DNA of 54,239 nt from assembly GCA_902789915.1 (NCBI GenBank), contig CADAPW010000001.1:1-54239 (forward strand). The letters are read 5' to 3'. The notes beneath the pieces were generated by a model that saw nothing but the letters and a program-made list of their open reading frames with translations, was not told the DNA's origin and did not search any database. Below, piece by piece: positions 32,678 through 41,851 of the stretch. Within the stretch, counting starts at the first letter, position 1. Each line of letters starts with the position of its first letter. Source of the DNA: an uncultured Bacteroidia bacterium (lineage in GTDB: Bacteria > Bacteroidota > Bacteroidia > Bacteroidales > F082). The position numbers and the translations under genes are program-made.

Positions 32678-33913
32678 ATGCAAAAAAGAATCTGTTGGAA
32701 AAAAGGAATGCGGCTCAGCGAAGAGATTATGAGAGCCTCTGACGAAGCCACTGCCGCTTGGGTAGGCAATGCCTTCGTACTTGCTGCTGCGGGACAATTT
32801 GGCTTGTTTCCCAATTTGCGTCCATTCCACATCGCATTGAATATCAGCAATGGTTTCATCGAAGTGGCATCATTGAGTTGCCTTGCCATCACAAAAGGCG
32901 GCAACCTCATTGATATACTATTCGACTCCAAATACTCCAACCCTATCCCTTGTAAGATTGCTATTCCACAAGGCAGCCTCTCAAGCGAGCTTTTCCTCAC
33001 CGTCAACGTCAACATGGAGCAATGGAAAGAAACCACGGGTGGGTTTGAAGAACCTATTTATGACTTTGGTTTGGTCGATGTTAATAGTCCTGTCTCAGAA
33101 TACTCCTTGCCTATAGCACACCTTATTGACACTGACTTCGGCGGATGGCATGTTGACGAGAGCGACTTCGTACCACCTTGCTTGTTCGTTTCTTCGCATC
33201 AAAACTATGTTCAACTCTTGGAACGGTTCATCCAATGCCTAAAAGAAATCGAAAGTAAAAGCCGAGGTTTGATTCATTCCGAAGCACGGAAAGCCATCAG
33301 GGTATTCTGGCCTATCATTCAGCAAATATTAATTGATGCCGATCGGGGACGCGACTTGATGACCCCCATGTCTTTCTTGGCCGCCATCCAGAAAACCGTG
33401 TGCGCCTTTACCAGTGCTTGCGACCTTGATGAATACCTCAACCTTGCCGATGCCGAAACGTTTAGAAATTATGCATTGACCAATTACAACTACAAGAACG
33501 TTTATAGAATCATTAAAGAGGGATTGGATTATTGTTTTTCCATTAACGAAAAACTCAGTAAGATACAAATCAGTACACCACAAAAGCCAGTCACCAAAAT
33601 GGCAGCACCTTACATCAATGATGATCAACTCATCCAAAACTGTAAGAGTCGCCGCGTAAGCATTCCTGTTGTCAATCCAACTGCTGGATCCACCGTTTTC
33701 TATTCAACTGACGGTAGCGAGCCTTCCATAAAACTTCCAAATAGCGGAGCCATTTCCATCGAAAACGGCTTCAACAAGAAGAAAGCTCCCGAACCCGACA
33801 AGACCATATTCTTGAAACTAAAATCTGTAGGCAGCGGAACCAACAGTGATGTGGCCACTTATACCATCACATTACATAAAGACTACAAGGTTTGGGACGG
33901 TTATGAAATCTGA
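32678..33913 (+). CDS. Candidate T6SS baseplate subunit TssK with a C-terminal CHB_HEX_C-like beta-sandwich
   Basis: 411 aa. The N-terminus ICWKKGMRLSEEIMRASDE resembles the TssK start (W-x-x-G-M-x-L-x-P-x-H-F). The C-terminus AGSTVFYSTDGSEPSIKLPNSGAISIENGF...FLKLKSVGSGTNSDVATYTITL resembles chitobiase/hexosaminidase C-terminal-type domains. Confidence 0.4.
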   Translation: MQKRICWKKGMRLSEEIMRASDEATAAWVGNAFVLAAAGQFGLFPNLRPFHIALNISNGFIEVASLSCLAITKGGNLIDILFDSKYSNPIPCKIAIPQGSLSSELFLTVNVNMEQWKETTGGFEEPIYDFGLVDVNSPVSEYSLPIAHLIDTDFGGWHVDESDFVPPCLFVSSHQNYVQLLERFIQCLKEIESKSRGLIHSEARKAIRVFWPIIQQILIDADRGRDLMTPMSFLAAIQKTVCAFTSACDLDEYLNLADAETFRNYALTNYNYKNVYRIIKEGLDYCFSINEKLSKIQISTPQKPVTKMAAPYINDDQLIQNCKSRRVSIPVVNPTAGSTVFYSTDGSEPSIKLPNSGAISIENGFNKKKAPEPDKTIFLKLKSVGSGTNSDVATYTITLHKDYKVWDGYEI

Positions 33914-34421
33914 CCTGACACAATACATCAGCACCCCGATAACTTTCATCGATGCCGACTCGATGCTCGAATTGAAACACGATCTTGAATCGGAAATCGC
34001 GCTACTCGACAACCTCATCGAACTAATCGTGTTCACCCCACGAGGCAGTTTCCTTGCCGACCCCGAGTTTGGCTTCGAATATTGGAACCACGAATACTCC
34101 AACATTCAATACCAAACCTTCAATAGCGGACAAGGCCTTTCTTTAAAAGGTAACGGTCAGGAAATCACAAAAATCGAGTGCCAAGAAAGCATAAAAAACA
34201 GTCTATGGGCTTACGCGCCGCAACTGAAAAGGGTCAACGTGACCGTCGAACTCAATGCCGCCAAACAGGAAAAACAACAAAGTCAGAAAAAACAATCAAA
34301 ACATCAAATCATCGTCATGGTTGAAGGCGACATCGAAAAAGGCATTGGCATCAGCCATTATAAGAAAGAAGTATCTTTTCTAATTGAGCCCACCGTAAGA
34401 AGACGGGGCCTGCAACAATAA
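33903..34421 (+). CDS. tssE: T6SS baseplate wedge protein TssE (GPW/gp25-like)
   Basis: The ATG at 33903 (MKSDLTQYISTPITF...) overlaps the previous gene by 11 nt. The gp25-like core is LESEIALLDNLIELIVFTPRGSFLADPEFGFEYWNHEY. Confidence 0.65.
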   Translation: MKSDLTQYISTPITFIDADSMLELKHDLESEIALLDNLIELIVFTPRGSFLADPEFGFEYWNHEYSNIQYQTFNSGQGLSLKGNGQEITKIECQESIKNSLWAYAPQLKRVNVTVELNAAKQEKQQSQKKQSKHQIIVMVEGDIEKGIGISHYKKEVSFLIEPTVRRRGLQQ

Positions 34422-34464
34422 CGACACCAGTACAACTCTTCCATCAGCTTTAACGGTACAAACA

Positions 34465-36255
34465 ATGGACATCGAATTAGAAAATAGAGTCAAAGAAGCC
34501 ATAGAGCATTTAAAATCCATATCGATTGACAACATCGACCTACAGCAAATGGATCCTATTGCCAAAATGATGCTCGTTGCCATGCTGAATGAGGTCCAAA
34601 AAACCAACGATCATATCAGTAGCCTGAACGATCGGATTGTAGAGCGCTATTGCACTCACTTCATCCCACGCAATAAAGTGGAAGCGATACCTGCCATTGC
34701 TATGATCAACCCCTCGTTCAAGCCTAACAAAGATGTTGAATCCATCAACATTGGTAGTGAAGCTTCTTTTTCCTATAAGATAAGCACGCGGAAACAACCT
34801 CTGAATTACATTCCCCTGTTCAGCACGACAGCTCTGCCTCATTCGCAACTCTATGTTTTGACAAACCACTTGATGAAATCAAGCAATGGGGCAACACCTA
34901 TTGACATGGGGAACCCTAACCGCCTATGGATTGGCATTCCAACCAAAGTGGAAACCAATAGCTTGAAAGGCCTTACTTTGCTAATAAAAGGTAGCCGTGG
35001 CGTACAACCTGAACATATCATCGTAGGCACCGAGGGTCGAAAGCTTGACTTTGCCACAATCAATGAGTTGGAAAACATCGAAATGGCAGAGCCATTTGAT
35101 GCGCAACAATCCTCGGACAGTTTCTTCTCTTTCATTGAAACTTGGAAGGAAAACATGACCGGCGTTGATGACATGTCATGGATTTGCATCACAGATAGCT
35201 TTAGCGATAGGGACCAGTTCAAACGGAGAGCTTTTCCTCATTCATTCCTGCAATCTCTTGAAAACGAAATCCTCAAGCAATTTAACCCTAATACCTTATG
35301 GATTCAGTTGGTTTTTCCCGAAGGTTTTTCCGTTCCCGATGAGTGCGAAGTGCTGCTCAACGTCATTCCAGTCGTCAATATTGATCTTTGCAGTCTCAGC
35401 CTCACCCAAGCCACGCCTATCGCAAAACTGCAAAAGCAAGATGATTCTTTCTTCTTACGCATACTTGAAACGAGCACTGCGGCAAACAAACAAGGCTTTG
35501 GCATGCTGCAAGATGAAATCATTGTTCGCGACTTTGATGCCGATTGCTATCATAACGGCGATCTCTACCGTGACGTGCACAATTTATACAACCATTTCAT
35601 TGACGACTATTACGCCTTCATCGAATACAACGAGATAAAGGATAGTGAAACCCTAAAGCAATTGCGGGAAATCGTCAACAAGATAGGTAACAGCATCCAT
35701 GATCCCAACAAAAAATTCAAGTTCGACAGTGGCACATACGTGATGAAGAATATGAAGCAGAACACTACTTCATCATCTATCAAAGTCAGCTACATTACCA
35801 CACAAGGCAAAATAGGAAACACCCCGAAAGTAGGAGAGTTATTGGAGAACAAAAAACTGCCTGTGATTGAACAAAAAGTTCCGGTGGTGATTTCGGCTAC
35901 TGGAGGTGCCGACAAAGCTTCGGTTGACGAACGTTACGAATTGTTGCGTTACTACTCGCTTACCAACGACAGGCTTTATACCAAAATGGATGTAGATGCT
36001 TTCTTGCGCAAAGAAATCCTAGCAGAATTTGGCAAAGATGAATTCAAGCGCATCTTCCTTAAAATAAACATCGAAGGAGCAGGGGGAGAAACCAAGTTAC
36101 AGCGCGGGCTTTACATTGACATCGAATTCAAGGACAAGAAAAACTATCAAAAAGCCTCGGATTGTTCATTCGACATCTTGATGTCACAAAAAATCAAAAA
36201 CAAATCGTGCATTGCCATGCCGATTATCGTGAGACTTAAGAATTTGGAGGAATAA
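34465..36255 (+). CDS. tssF: T6SS baseplate subunit TssF
   Basis: 596 aa, directly downstream of tssE. The N-terminal pattern QQMDPIAKMMLVAMLNEVQKTNDHISSLNDRIVERYCTHFIPRNKVEAIPAIAMINPSF parallels the TssF consensus (DP-x-VERLLEG-x-AFL ... P-x-P). Confidence 0.6.
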   Translation: MDIELENRVKEAIEHLKSISIDNIDLQQMDPIAKMMLVAMLNEVQKTNDHISSLNDRIVERYCTHFIPRNKVEAIPAIAMINPSFKPNKDVESINIGSEASFSYKISTRKQPLNYIPLFSTTALPHSQLYVLTNHLMKSSNGATPIDMGNPNRLWIGIPTKVETNSLKGLTLLIKGSRGVQPEHIIVGTEGRKLDFATINELENIEMAEPFDAQQSSDSFFSFIETWKENMTGVDDMSWICITDSFSDRDQFKRRAFPHSFLQSLENEILKQFNPNTLWIQLVFPEGFSVPDECEVLLNVIPVVNIDLCSLSLTQATPIAKLQKQDDSFFLRILETSTAANKQGFGMLQDEIIVRDFDADCYHNGDLYRDVHNLYNHFIDDYYAFIEYNEIKDSETLKQLREIVNKIGNSIHDPNKKFKFDSGTYVMKNMKQNTTSSSIKVSYITTQGKIGNTPKVGELLENKKLPVIEQKVPVVISATGGADKASVDERYELLRYYSLTNDRLYTKMDVDAFLRKEILAEFGKDEFKRIFLKINIEGAGGETKLQRGLYIDIEFKDKKNYQKASDCSFDILMSQKIKNKSCIAMPIIVRLKNLEE

Positions 36256-36260
36256 CGGCC

Positions 36261-37103
36261 ATGAATCCTCTTAGTGAAAAACACCTACAACAGTCCATCC
36301 ACTTATCCGATGTCCATGTTGACACGGCAACGCTGAAAACGAAAACGCTAAAATCACTCAGGGAACTTGGTCCCCAAGCTGACAACGAGTCCGATATTGA
36401 TGTCAGAGCTGCCGCTGCCATGTGCCAATATGCTTATTTTATACTAAGTCCTGGCAATAGTCCGAAAGCGGATTTAATAGATGGCTGGAAGCCTTTACTG
36501 AATGATTCTGAGGTTGACAAGCTGATAGTTCCAGGGTTTCATATGAAACTACAGAACAAATCAAACGGCTTCAGTTCCATGTTTTTCAAAAAGCAAGCCG
36601 ATGGCATTCAATATTATGCCTATTGTACGGTAGGTACAGATGAATTAATAGACTGGGTCTCCAACGGTACCCAGTTTGTCTCAGGACTCGCGACTCAATA
36701 TACCTATTCGGTCCAACTAGCCAAACAAATTGACAGCGCCATTGGCGGCAAAGCCGTACTTTGGTTCATTGGGCACTCTCTTGGCGGAGGCCTTGCTTCT
36801 AATAATTCACTAGCCACCGGAAGACATGCCATCACTTTTAATGCTGCAGGCCTAAATCCTCTACGAGTCAATGCCACATTATTGTTGAACAATGGGAAAG
36901 ACCTTTTCCATCCCATAAAAAGGACAAAACAAATTCACGCTTTCGTGTTAGAGGGCGAGATACTCAACTCTTTCCTCCGTTATTTTGGACAAAGTGCCTA
37001 TGGAGACAAACATGTCATTGACTTTAAACACGATGAAGTGGATTCCTTTAAAAGGCATGCGCTGACGACCGTTTTGGACAAATGGGGAATGAAACACGAT
37101 TAA
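36261..37103 (+). CDS. Class-3 lipase-like alpha/beta hydrolase (GHSLGG); candidate T6SS lipase effector or accessory esterase
   Basis: 280 aa with no signal peptide. Motifs are ...YYAYCTVGTDELIDWVSN... and the nucleophile elbow VLWFIGHSLGGGLASNNS. Confidence 0.6.
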   Translation: MNPLSEKHLQQSIHLSDVHVDTATLKTKTLKSLRELGPQADNESDIDVRAAAAMCQYAYFILSPGNSPKADLIDGWKPLLNDSEVDKLIVPGFHMKLQNKSNGFSSMFFKKQADGIQYYAYCTVGTDELIDWVSNGTQFVSGLATQYTYSVQLAKQIDSAIGGKAVLWFIGHSLGGGLASNNSLATGRHAITFNAAGLNPLRVNATLLLNNGKDLFHPIKRTKQIHAFVLEGEILNSFLRYFGQSAYGDKHVIDFKHDEVDSFKRHALTTVLDKWGMKHD

Positions 37104-37122
37104 GCACAACACAGGACAAACC

Positions 37123-38100
37123 ATGCAAAGCATCCTTGCCGTAATAGCGATTATTGTCTTTTCCTATGGCCTTTTTGCCCAGTCACCCGACGACATCAAG
37201 GCTTATATAGCACAATACAAAACCATGGCTTTACAACAAGAAAAGCTATATGGAATTCCAGCACCTATCACGCTGGCGCAAGGCATTCTTGAGTCAGGAG
37301 CAGGCCAAAGTAAACTCGCCCAAAACGCCAACAACCATTTCGGCATCAAAGCATTAGGGGCGTGGTCGGGCGATATTTATCTCGCTTGGGACGACGAACC
37401 TCAAAAAAGCAAATTCAGGACATACTCCTCTGCCGAGGCTTCCTATACGGACCACTCCCGCCTTATCAAAGACAACCAGCGTTACCAATCTTTATTCAAC
37501 ATCAGTATATACGACTACCGAGGCTGGGCCAACGGTTTGCAAAAAGCAGGCTACGCTACCGCCCAAAACTACGCCAAGGCCCTCATAGGCTACATTGATG
37601 CGTATCAACTCTATACCATCAATGGCGGAGTCAAACTGAAACCCGGAAAAACCGTTGCAATAGCAAGAAACACAACCATTGAAGACCTTTCCAAAGATCA
37701 GCAACTTGTCATTGATGATTCGGAACTCTCTTTGGAAGAAGAAGAGGTAACAACGGTCATACGAAAAGCCGTTGTAGAGATTAATGATGTGAGATGCACC
37801 ATCCTGTATCCTGGCGAAACTTTGGCATCCATCGCCATGAAATACGACATCTCGCCTCTCAAACTGTTGGAATTCAACGAAACCACCGATGAATCCGATC
37901 TCAAACTAGGCGACATTGTATATCTTGAAAAAAAGCATGGCAAGTATAAAGGTTCTCAAGATTTTTACCGAGTAAAAACCGACGACACCTTATACAGCAT
38001 AGCTCAGCAGTTCGGCATCAGGACTTCCAACCTAGCCAAAATGAACCATAAAGACCTATTCTCGCCATTAAAAGAGGGAGAGAAACTTAGACTGAAATAA
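37123..38100 (+). CDS. Secreted peptidoglycan hydrolase: N-acetylglucosaminidase (FlgJ/GH73-like) domain plus two LysM domains
   Basis: The signal peptide is MQSILAVIAIIVFSYGLFAQ. The glucosaminidase motif is YGIPAPITLAQGILESGAGQSKLAQNANNHFGIKA...YAT. LysM-like repeats are YPGETLASIAMKYDISPLKLLEFN and VKTDDTLYSIAQQFGIRTSNLAKMN. Confidence 0.75.
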   Translation: MQSILAVIAIIVFSYGLFAQSPDDIKAYIAQYKTMALQQEKLYGIPAPITLAQGILESGAGQSKLAQNANNHFGIKALGAWSGDIYLAWDDEPQKSKFRTYSSAEASYTDHSRLIKDNQRYQSLFNISIYDYRGWANGLQKAGYATAQNYAKALIGYIDAYQLYTINGGVKLKPGKTVAIARNTTIEDLSKDQQLVIDDSELSLEEEEVTTVIRKAVVEINDVRCTILYPGETLASIAMKYDISPLKLLEFNETTDESDLKLGDIVYLEKKHGKYKGSQDFYRVKTDDTLYSIAQQFGIRTSNLAKMNHKDLFSPLKEGEKLRLK

Positions 38101-38105
38101 CTTTT

Positions 38106-39608
38106 ATGTTAGATATTGAGCAATTCATTCAAACCGACGAACTTTTTGACGGCCATTACAGGCTGCTACGTCCGTTAAGTACCGATGGAGGAACGGCTGA
38201 TGTGTGGCTTGCCCTTGATGTGAATACCATCGACAACTACCCATCGTATGAAGAAAGCGCCCATGCCATTGATGAATCATCGGGGATGCTTGTGGCCATC
38301 AAGATATATCGTCCCAAGAACGCCCTTGATATCGAAGGCGAACAGCGTTTCCGCGAAGAGTTTAAGGTTGCCTTCAACTGTCACCACACCAACCTGCTTC
38401 AACCTACAAGTTTCAACATCTACAAGGAAATGCCCTATCTTGTGCTTCCCTATTGTGAAGCAGGTTCATCAGAACAATTCATAGGGAAAAAACTTCCTAC
38501 CGAAACCGTTTGGAAATTCATCCTTGAAGTAGCTTCGGGCCTTGATCGGCTTCACTCCAATCATCCCCAAATCATCCATCAAGACATCAAACCCGCAAAC
38601 ATCCTTATCGACAGCAACGGCAATTTCACCATCACTGATTTCGGTATCAGCACCAAAAAATCGGACGGACACGATAGTTACTATGATGATGAAAATAGCG
38701 GCACCTTTGCCTATATGGCACCAGAACGTTTCGAGAACAATGCCAAGCCTTCTCCTCAAAGCGACATTTGGGCTTTCGGTGCCACACTTTGTGAGATACT
38801 TACCGGTTCGCTTCCTTTCGGTGAAGAAGGGGGAAAAGCCCAAGCCGAGGGTCTCGGAGTCGCTCCCCCACTCAAAGGTTTGCCAAGAAGTATACAAAAT
38901 CTTATATTGGCATGCCTCCAACTTGAACCTAAAAAACGGCCTTCTGCTCATGAGATCGTGGAGGCGGCACAAAAACGGAGATTCGGCATCAGACCCAACA
39001 AGAATTTGACTTTGTATCTCACTTGTGGCATACTCATTTTGCTTGTGGCTATCATCTTTATTCTGATACCTAAACAGAAAAACGTCCCCAACGGCGAAAA
39101 CGTTGTAAATAATTATAATCAAGCCGTCCAACTTTTATTGGACCCTTCTGATGCAAAAAAAGGCTGGAAAATACTCGACTCGTTAGCTTTTAAAGAAAAC
39201 GACTTTGATGCTATCTTTCTAATGAGTCGATTGTATTTCGCACCATCAGAAGATGAGGACAAGGAAAATGAAAGGATTTTCTATAACCCAGAATGGAAAA
39301 CCATGCGTGAGTACGCAGGTGTCAATACTGACTATAAAAAAGCCCATGATTTATTATGCAAGGCGTTTTCAATCAATGGAAACAATTGTGCCGTGCTTTA
39401 TGAATTAGGATGCGACTACATGTCGTTTGAAAGAGGGTGTGACCAAAACTACAATTATGCCAAATGGTGTTTGATCCAAGCCAGAGAAGTAGCCAACATC
39501 ACCCAAAATGAAAAAGCTAAAGAATATTTAAAAGTAATAGATTGTCTGGATTTTGATGCCGAACCAGAAAAACCCGAAGAATTAATGAATTCAAACGAAA
39601 TAAAATAA
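38106..39608 (+). CDS. Hanks-type Ser/Thr protein kinase, single-pass membrane protein with an extracytoplasmic Sel1/TPR-like domain
   Basis: 500 aa. Kinase motifs are VAIKIY (VAIK), the catalytic loop IIHQDIKPANILID, ITDFGIS (DFG), YMAPE and DIWAFG. The TM is LTLYLTCGILILLVAIIFILIP. C-terminal Sel1-like repeats include AIFLMSRLYF... and KKAHDLLCKAFSINGNNCAVLYELGCDYMSFERGCDQNYNYAKWCL. Confidence 0.85.
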   Translation: MLDIEQFIQTDELFDGHYRLLRPLSTDGGTADVWLALDVNTIDNYPSYEESAHAIDESSGMLVAIKIYRPKNALDIEGEQRFREEFKVAFNCHHTNLLQPTSFNIYKEMPYLVLPYCEAGSSEQFIGKKLPTETVWKFILEVASGLDRLHSNHPQIIHQDIKPANILIDSNGNFTITDFGISTKKSDGHDSYYDDENSGTFAYMAPERFENNAKPSPQSDIWAFGATLCEILTGSLPFGEEGGKAQAEGLGVAPPLKGLPRSIQNLILACLQLEPKKRPSAHEIVEAAQKRRFGIRPNKNLTLYLTCGILILLVAIIFILIPKQKNVPNGENVVNNYNQAVQLLLDPSDAKKGWKILDSLAFKENDFDAIFLMSRLYFAPSEDEDKENERIFYNPEWKTMREYAGVNTDYKKAHDLLCKAFSINGNNCAVLYELGCDYMSFERGCDQNYNYAKWCLIQAREVANITQNEKAKEYLKVIDCLDFDAEPEKPEELMNSNEIK

Positions 39609-39615
39609 GAAATCC

Positions 39616-41157
39616 ATGTTTAAAAAAGCACTATGTCTATTGATACTTATGACTGGTTTTGTGGCCTCCGTTTGCGCTTCGACCGTTAAATGGTTGATTG
39701 CTCCAAAATATGATGCCATCAGCTATTTCAGCGAGACCCTCTTTAAATGTAAAATAGATGGAAAATCACAACTTGTTGATTTAAAGGGGCAAACTTTGTT
39801 GCCTCGCGCTGCCGATTCCATCACAGACTTTTCAGAAGGTATCGCCCTAGTTCTTGAGAAAACAAATAAGCATTACAAAGTCGTAGGATTTGTCAAAGAA
39901 TCTGACCATAGTTATTTATCCATTAACGGGAACTATTATGCAGGAATGTATTCTTTCTTCTCAGAAGGGCTTATAGCCCTTGCCGATGCAAATACCGATT
40001 TATTTGGTTATCTCAATGACAAAGGGGAAATGTTGCCACAAGAGGCTCTCCATTTCAATTATCCTAAAGCCCGACCTTTTATCAAAGGATGGGCTTCTGT
40101 TGAACAGGCAAATAAGAATCAGACAACGATATATATCAACAAGCAAGGAAAAACCATGAATTTAAATGGTTTTCATCGTGGGAAAGTGGTCTTGGGTTCA
40201 AGTTTCAACGCATCTGGAGAAGCATTAATAACCTACTATGGCGATGACAACGCAATCATTGACACCAAAGGAAACATCAATAGAAAATACAAGCGTTTGG
40301 AAGGGACAACACCTGTTCGCATTTGTGATTTTGCTTTTGATGAAAACGGAAGAGGTTGTGTTGCAAAACCCATTCCTCCGCTCAATGAAAAAATGTCCAT
40401 TTTTTCTGAAAACGGCGTTTTCGGATATGTGGAAGAAGAAAAGACTATGGTTCCTGCACAATTTACTTATGCGGGTTCTTTTTTTGCCAATGGGTGTGCC
40501 ATAGCTGCCATTGACAACAAGTATGGTGTGCTTTCGCTCGTTGAAGGAGATTTCAAAACAGCATTGGACCTTGACAAGAAAGTCAAAAACAACAAAGGCT
40601 ATGTTTTCACACTTCACATCCCACCGGCGATAGCACAACAAGCAGAGATAAAGTTTGACAACGGTGATGGCATACTACGCCCGATTTCTCTGCAAGACAG
40701 CACTTATAAATTCTCAAAAAAAGAGAAGGAATTTACCATCAGGGCACAAATAACCATTGACGACCTACTGCTTTGGGATGAAACCATCATAAGGAAACCA
40801 GAAGAATTGCCGTTCATTATAATAGGACCATCTTGTGACGACACCCGCGCCAATAACAATAATCTTGTCAAGGTGAAAACAATCGTAAAGAATAATACCG
40901 AAAATGACGTTACTGTGACATGCTCCTTTACCGCCAATTTCGATGAAAGCACGAAAAACAGCTTTGACAAGAATTCTGATCTTAACCCTTCAACTATCAT
41001 AGCTGCAAAAAAATCAGAAGAGTTTTCTGTTGATATATTTGTGAAAAAATCAGAAAAAGTAACCGTATCTGTTTCCATCAAAATTGACGGAAAACAGTAT
41101 AAGAGACAAAAGGAATTTGAAATAAGACCTGTCTATTCTTTCCAGTTAAATCACTAA
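39616..41157 (+). CDS. Secreted WG-repeat (KWG-like) protein
   Basis: 513 aa. The signal peptide is MFKKALCLLILMTGFVASVCAS. Repeated segments of the type F-SEG-IAL....K-G-I(V)D--G--L-P are seen: DFSEGIALVLEK...YKVVGFV, FFSEGLIALADANTDLFGYLNDKGEML, FSENGVFGYVEEEKTMVPAQF and FFANGCAIAAIDNKYGVLS. Confidence 0.55.
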   Translation: MFKKALCLLILMTGFVASVCASTVKWLIAPKYDAISYFSETLFKCKIDGKSQLVDLKGQTLLPRAADSITDFSEGIALVLEKTNKHYKVVGFVKESDHSYLSINGNYYAGMYSFFSEGLIALADANTDLFGYLNDKGEMLPQEALHFNYPKARPFIKGWASVEQANKNQTTIYINKQGKTMNLNGFHRGKVVLGSSFNASGEALITYYGDDNAIIDTKGNINRKYKRLEGTTPVRICDFAFDENGRGCVAKPIPPLNEKMSIFSENGVFGYVEEEKTMVPAQFTYAGSFFANGCAIAAIDNKYGVLSLVEGDFKTALDLDKKVKNNKGYVFTLHIPPAIAQQAEIKFDNGDGILRPISLQDSTYKFSKKEKEFTIRAQITIDDLLLWDETIIRKPEELPFIIIGPSCDDTRANNNNLVKVKTIVKNNTENDVTVTCSFTANFDESTKNSFDKNSDLNPSTIIAAKKSEEFSVDIFVKKSEKVTVSVSIKIDGKQYKRQKEFEIRPVYSFQLNH

Positions 41158-41170
41158 TCTTCTAATAATT

Positions 41171-41833
41171 ATGCGTAAAAAATTGTTGCTAACAATTCTG
41201 TTGCTGTGCGGATGCAGTATTGCCTTTTCCCAGTACAACTCAGATTCTTGGGTTTGGCCAGACGAAAACCAAAATGATGCTTTGTCGTTTCATTTGGAAG
41301 TTGGGCCAAAACTTGGGGCAGGAATGTGTATTGCCACAAAAACCAACCTTTTTGATACCAAATTCAAAAATGGGTTTTCATACCAAGCTGGTCTATCCGT
41401 CAAAATGGGTTTAAGACACCAGCTTTCCAAGACACCCAAAGGCATTGAAAGATTAGGTTTAGGCTTTGAAGCCTTGTTGAGTGGAAGAAACATCCGTACA
41501 GGGAAAGAAAACCTGTCGATGCTTTGTCTAGACATTCCTATCTTATTGCATTTTTTAATCACCTCCAATTTCTCTTTGGAAGCAGGGGTCACTTTTGTCC
41601 AACCGCTCAAAGTCAATCCAACGGTTTTGCAAATGCAAAACATTGTTCTCAATACAGGTGATTTGAAGCCCGCTGATGTAATGCTATCTGTAGGCGCTAA
41701 TTATCAAATCATCGCTGGTTTGGAGCTTGGTCTTCGGTGCAATATTGGTACCTGTCCGATTGCAGGAAACCTTGGCACTCGTTTAAATACAATCATGCTT
41801 TCAGCAGACTACCTGTTCCCACTTCTAAAATAA
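41171..41833 (+). CDS. Small outer-membrane beta-barrel (porin-family) protein
   Basis: 220 aa. The signal peptide is MRKKLLLTILLLCGCSIAFSQ. It shows alternating strands and ends ...MLSADYLFPLLK. It is similar in type to the 773-1423 product. Confidence 0.5.
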   Translation: MRKKLLLTILLLCGCSIAFSQYNSDSWVWPDENQNDALSFHLEVGPKLGAGMCIATKTNLFDTKFKNGFSYQAGLSVKMGLRHQLSKTPKGIERLGLGFEALLSGRNIRTGKENLSMLCLDIPILLHFLITSNFSLEAGVTFVQPLKVNPTVLQMQNIVLNTGDLKPADVMLSVGANYQIIAGLELGLRCNIGTCPIAGNLGTRLNTIMLSADYLFPLLK

Positions 41834-41851
41834 CAAAAAACTTCGTCAAAA

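Noticed and set aside
38469-39131. 220-aa minus-strand ORF
   Set aside because: It is antisense to the Ser/Thr kinase gene, whose Hanks motifs are unambiguous, and it has no motifs of its own.
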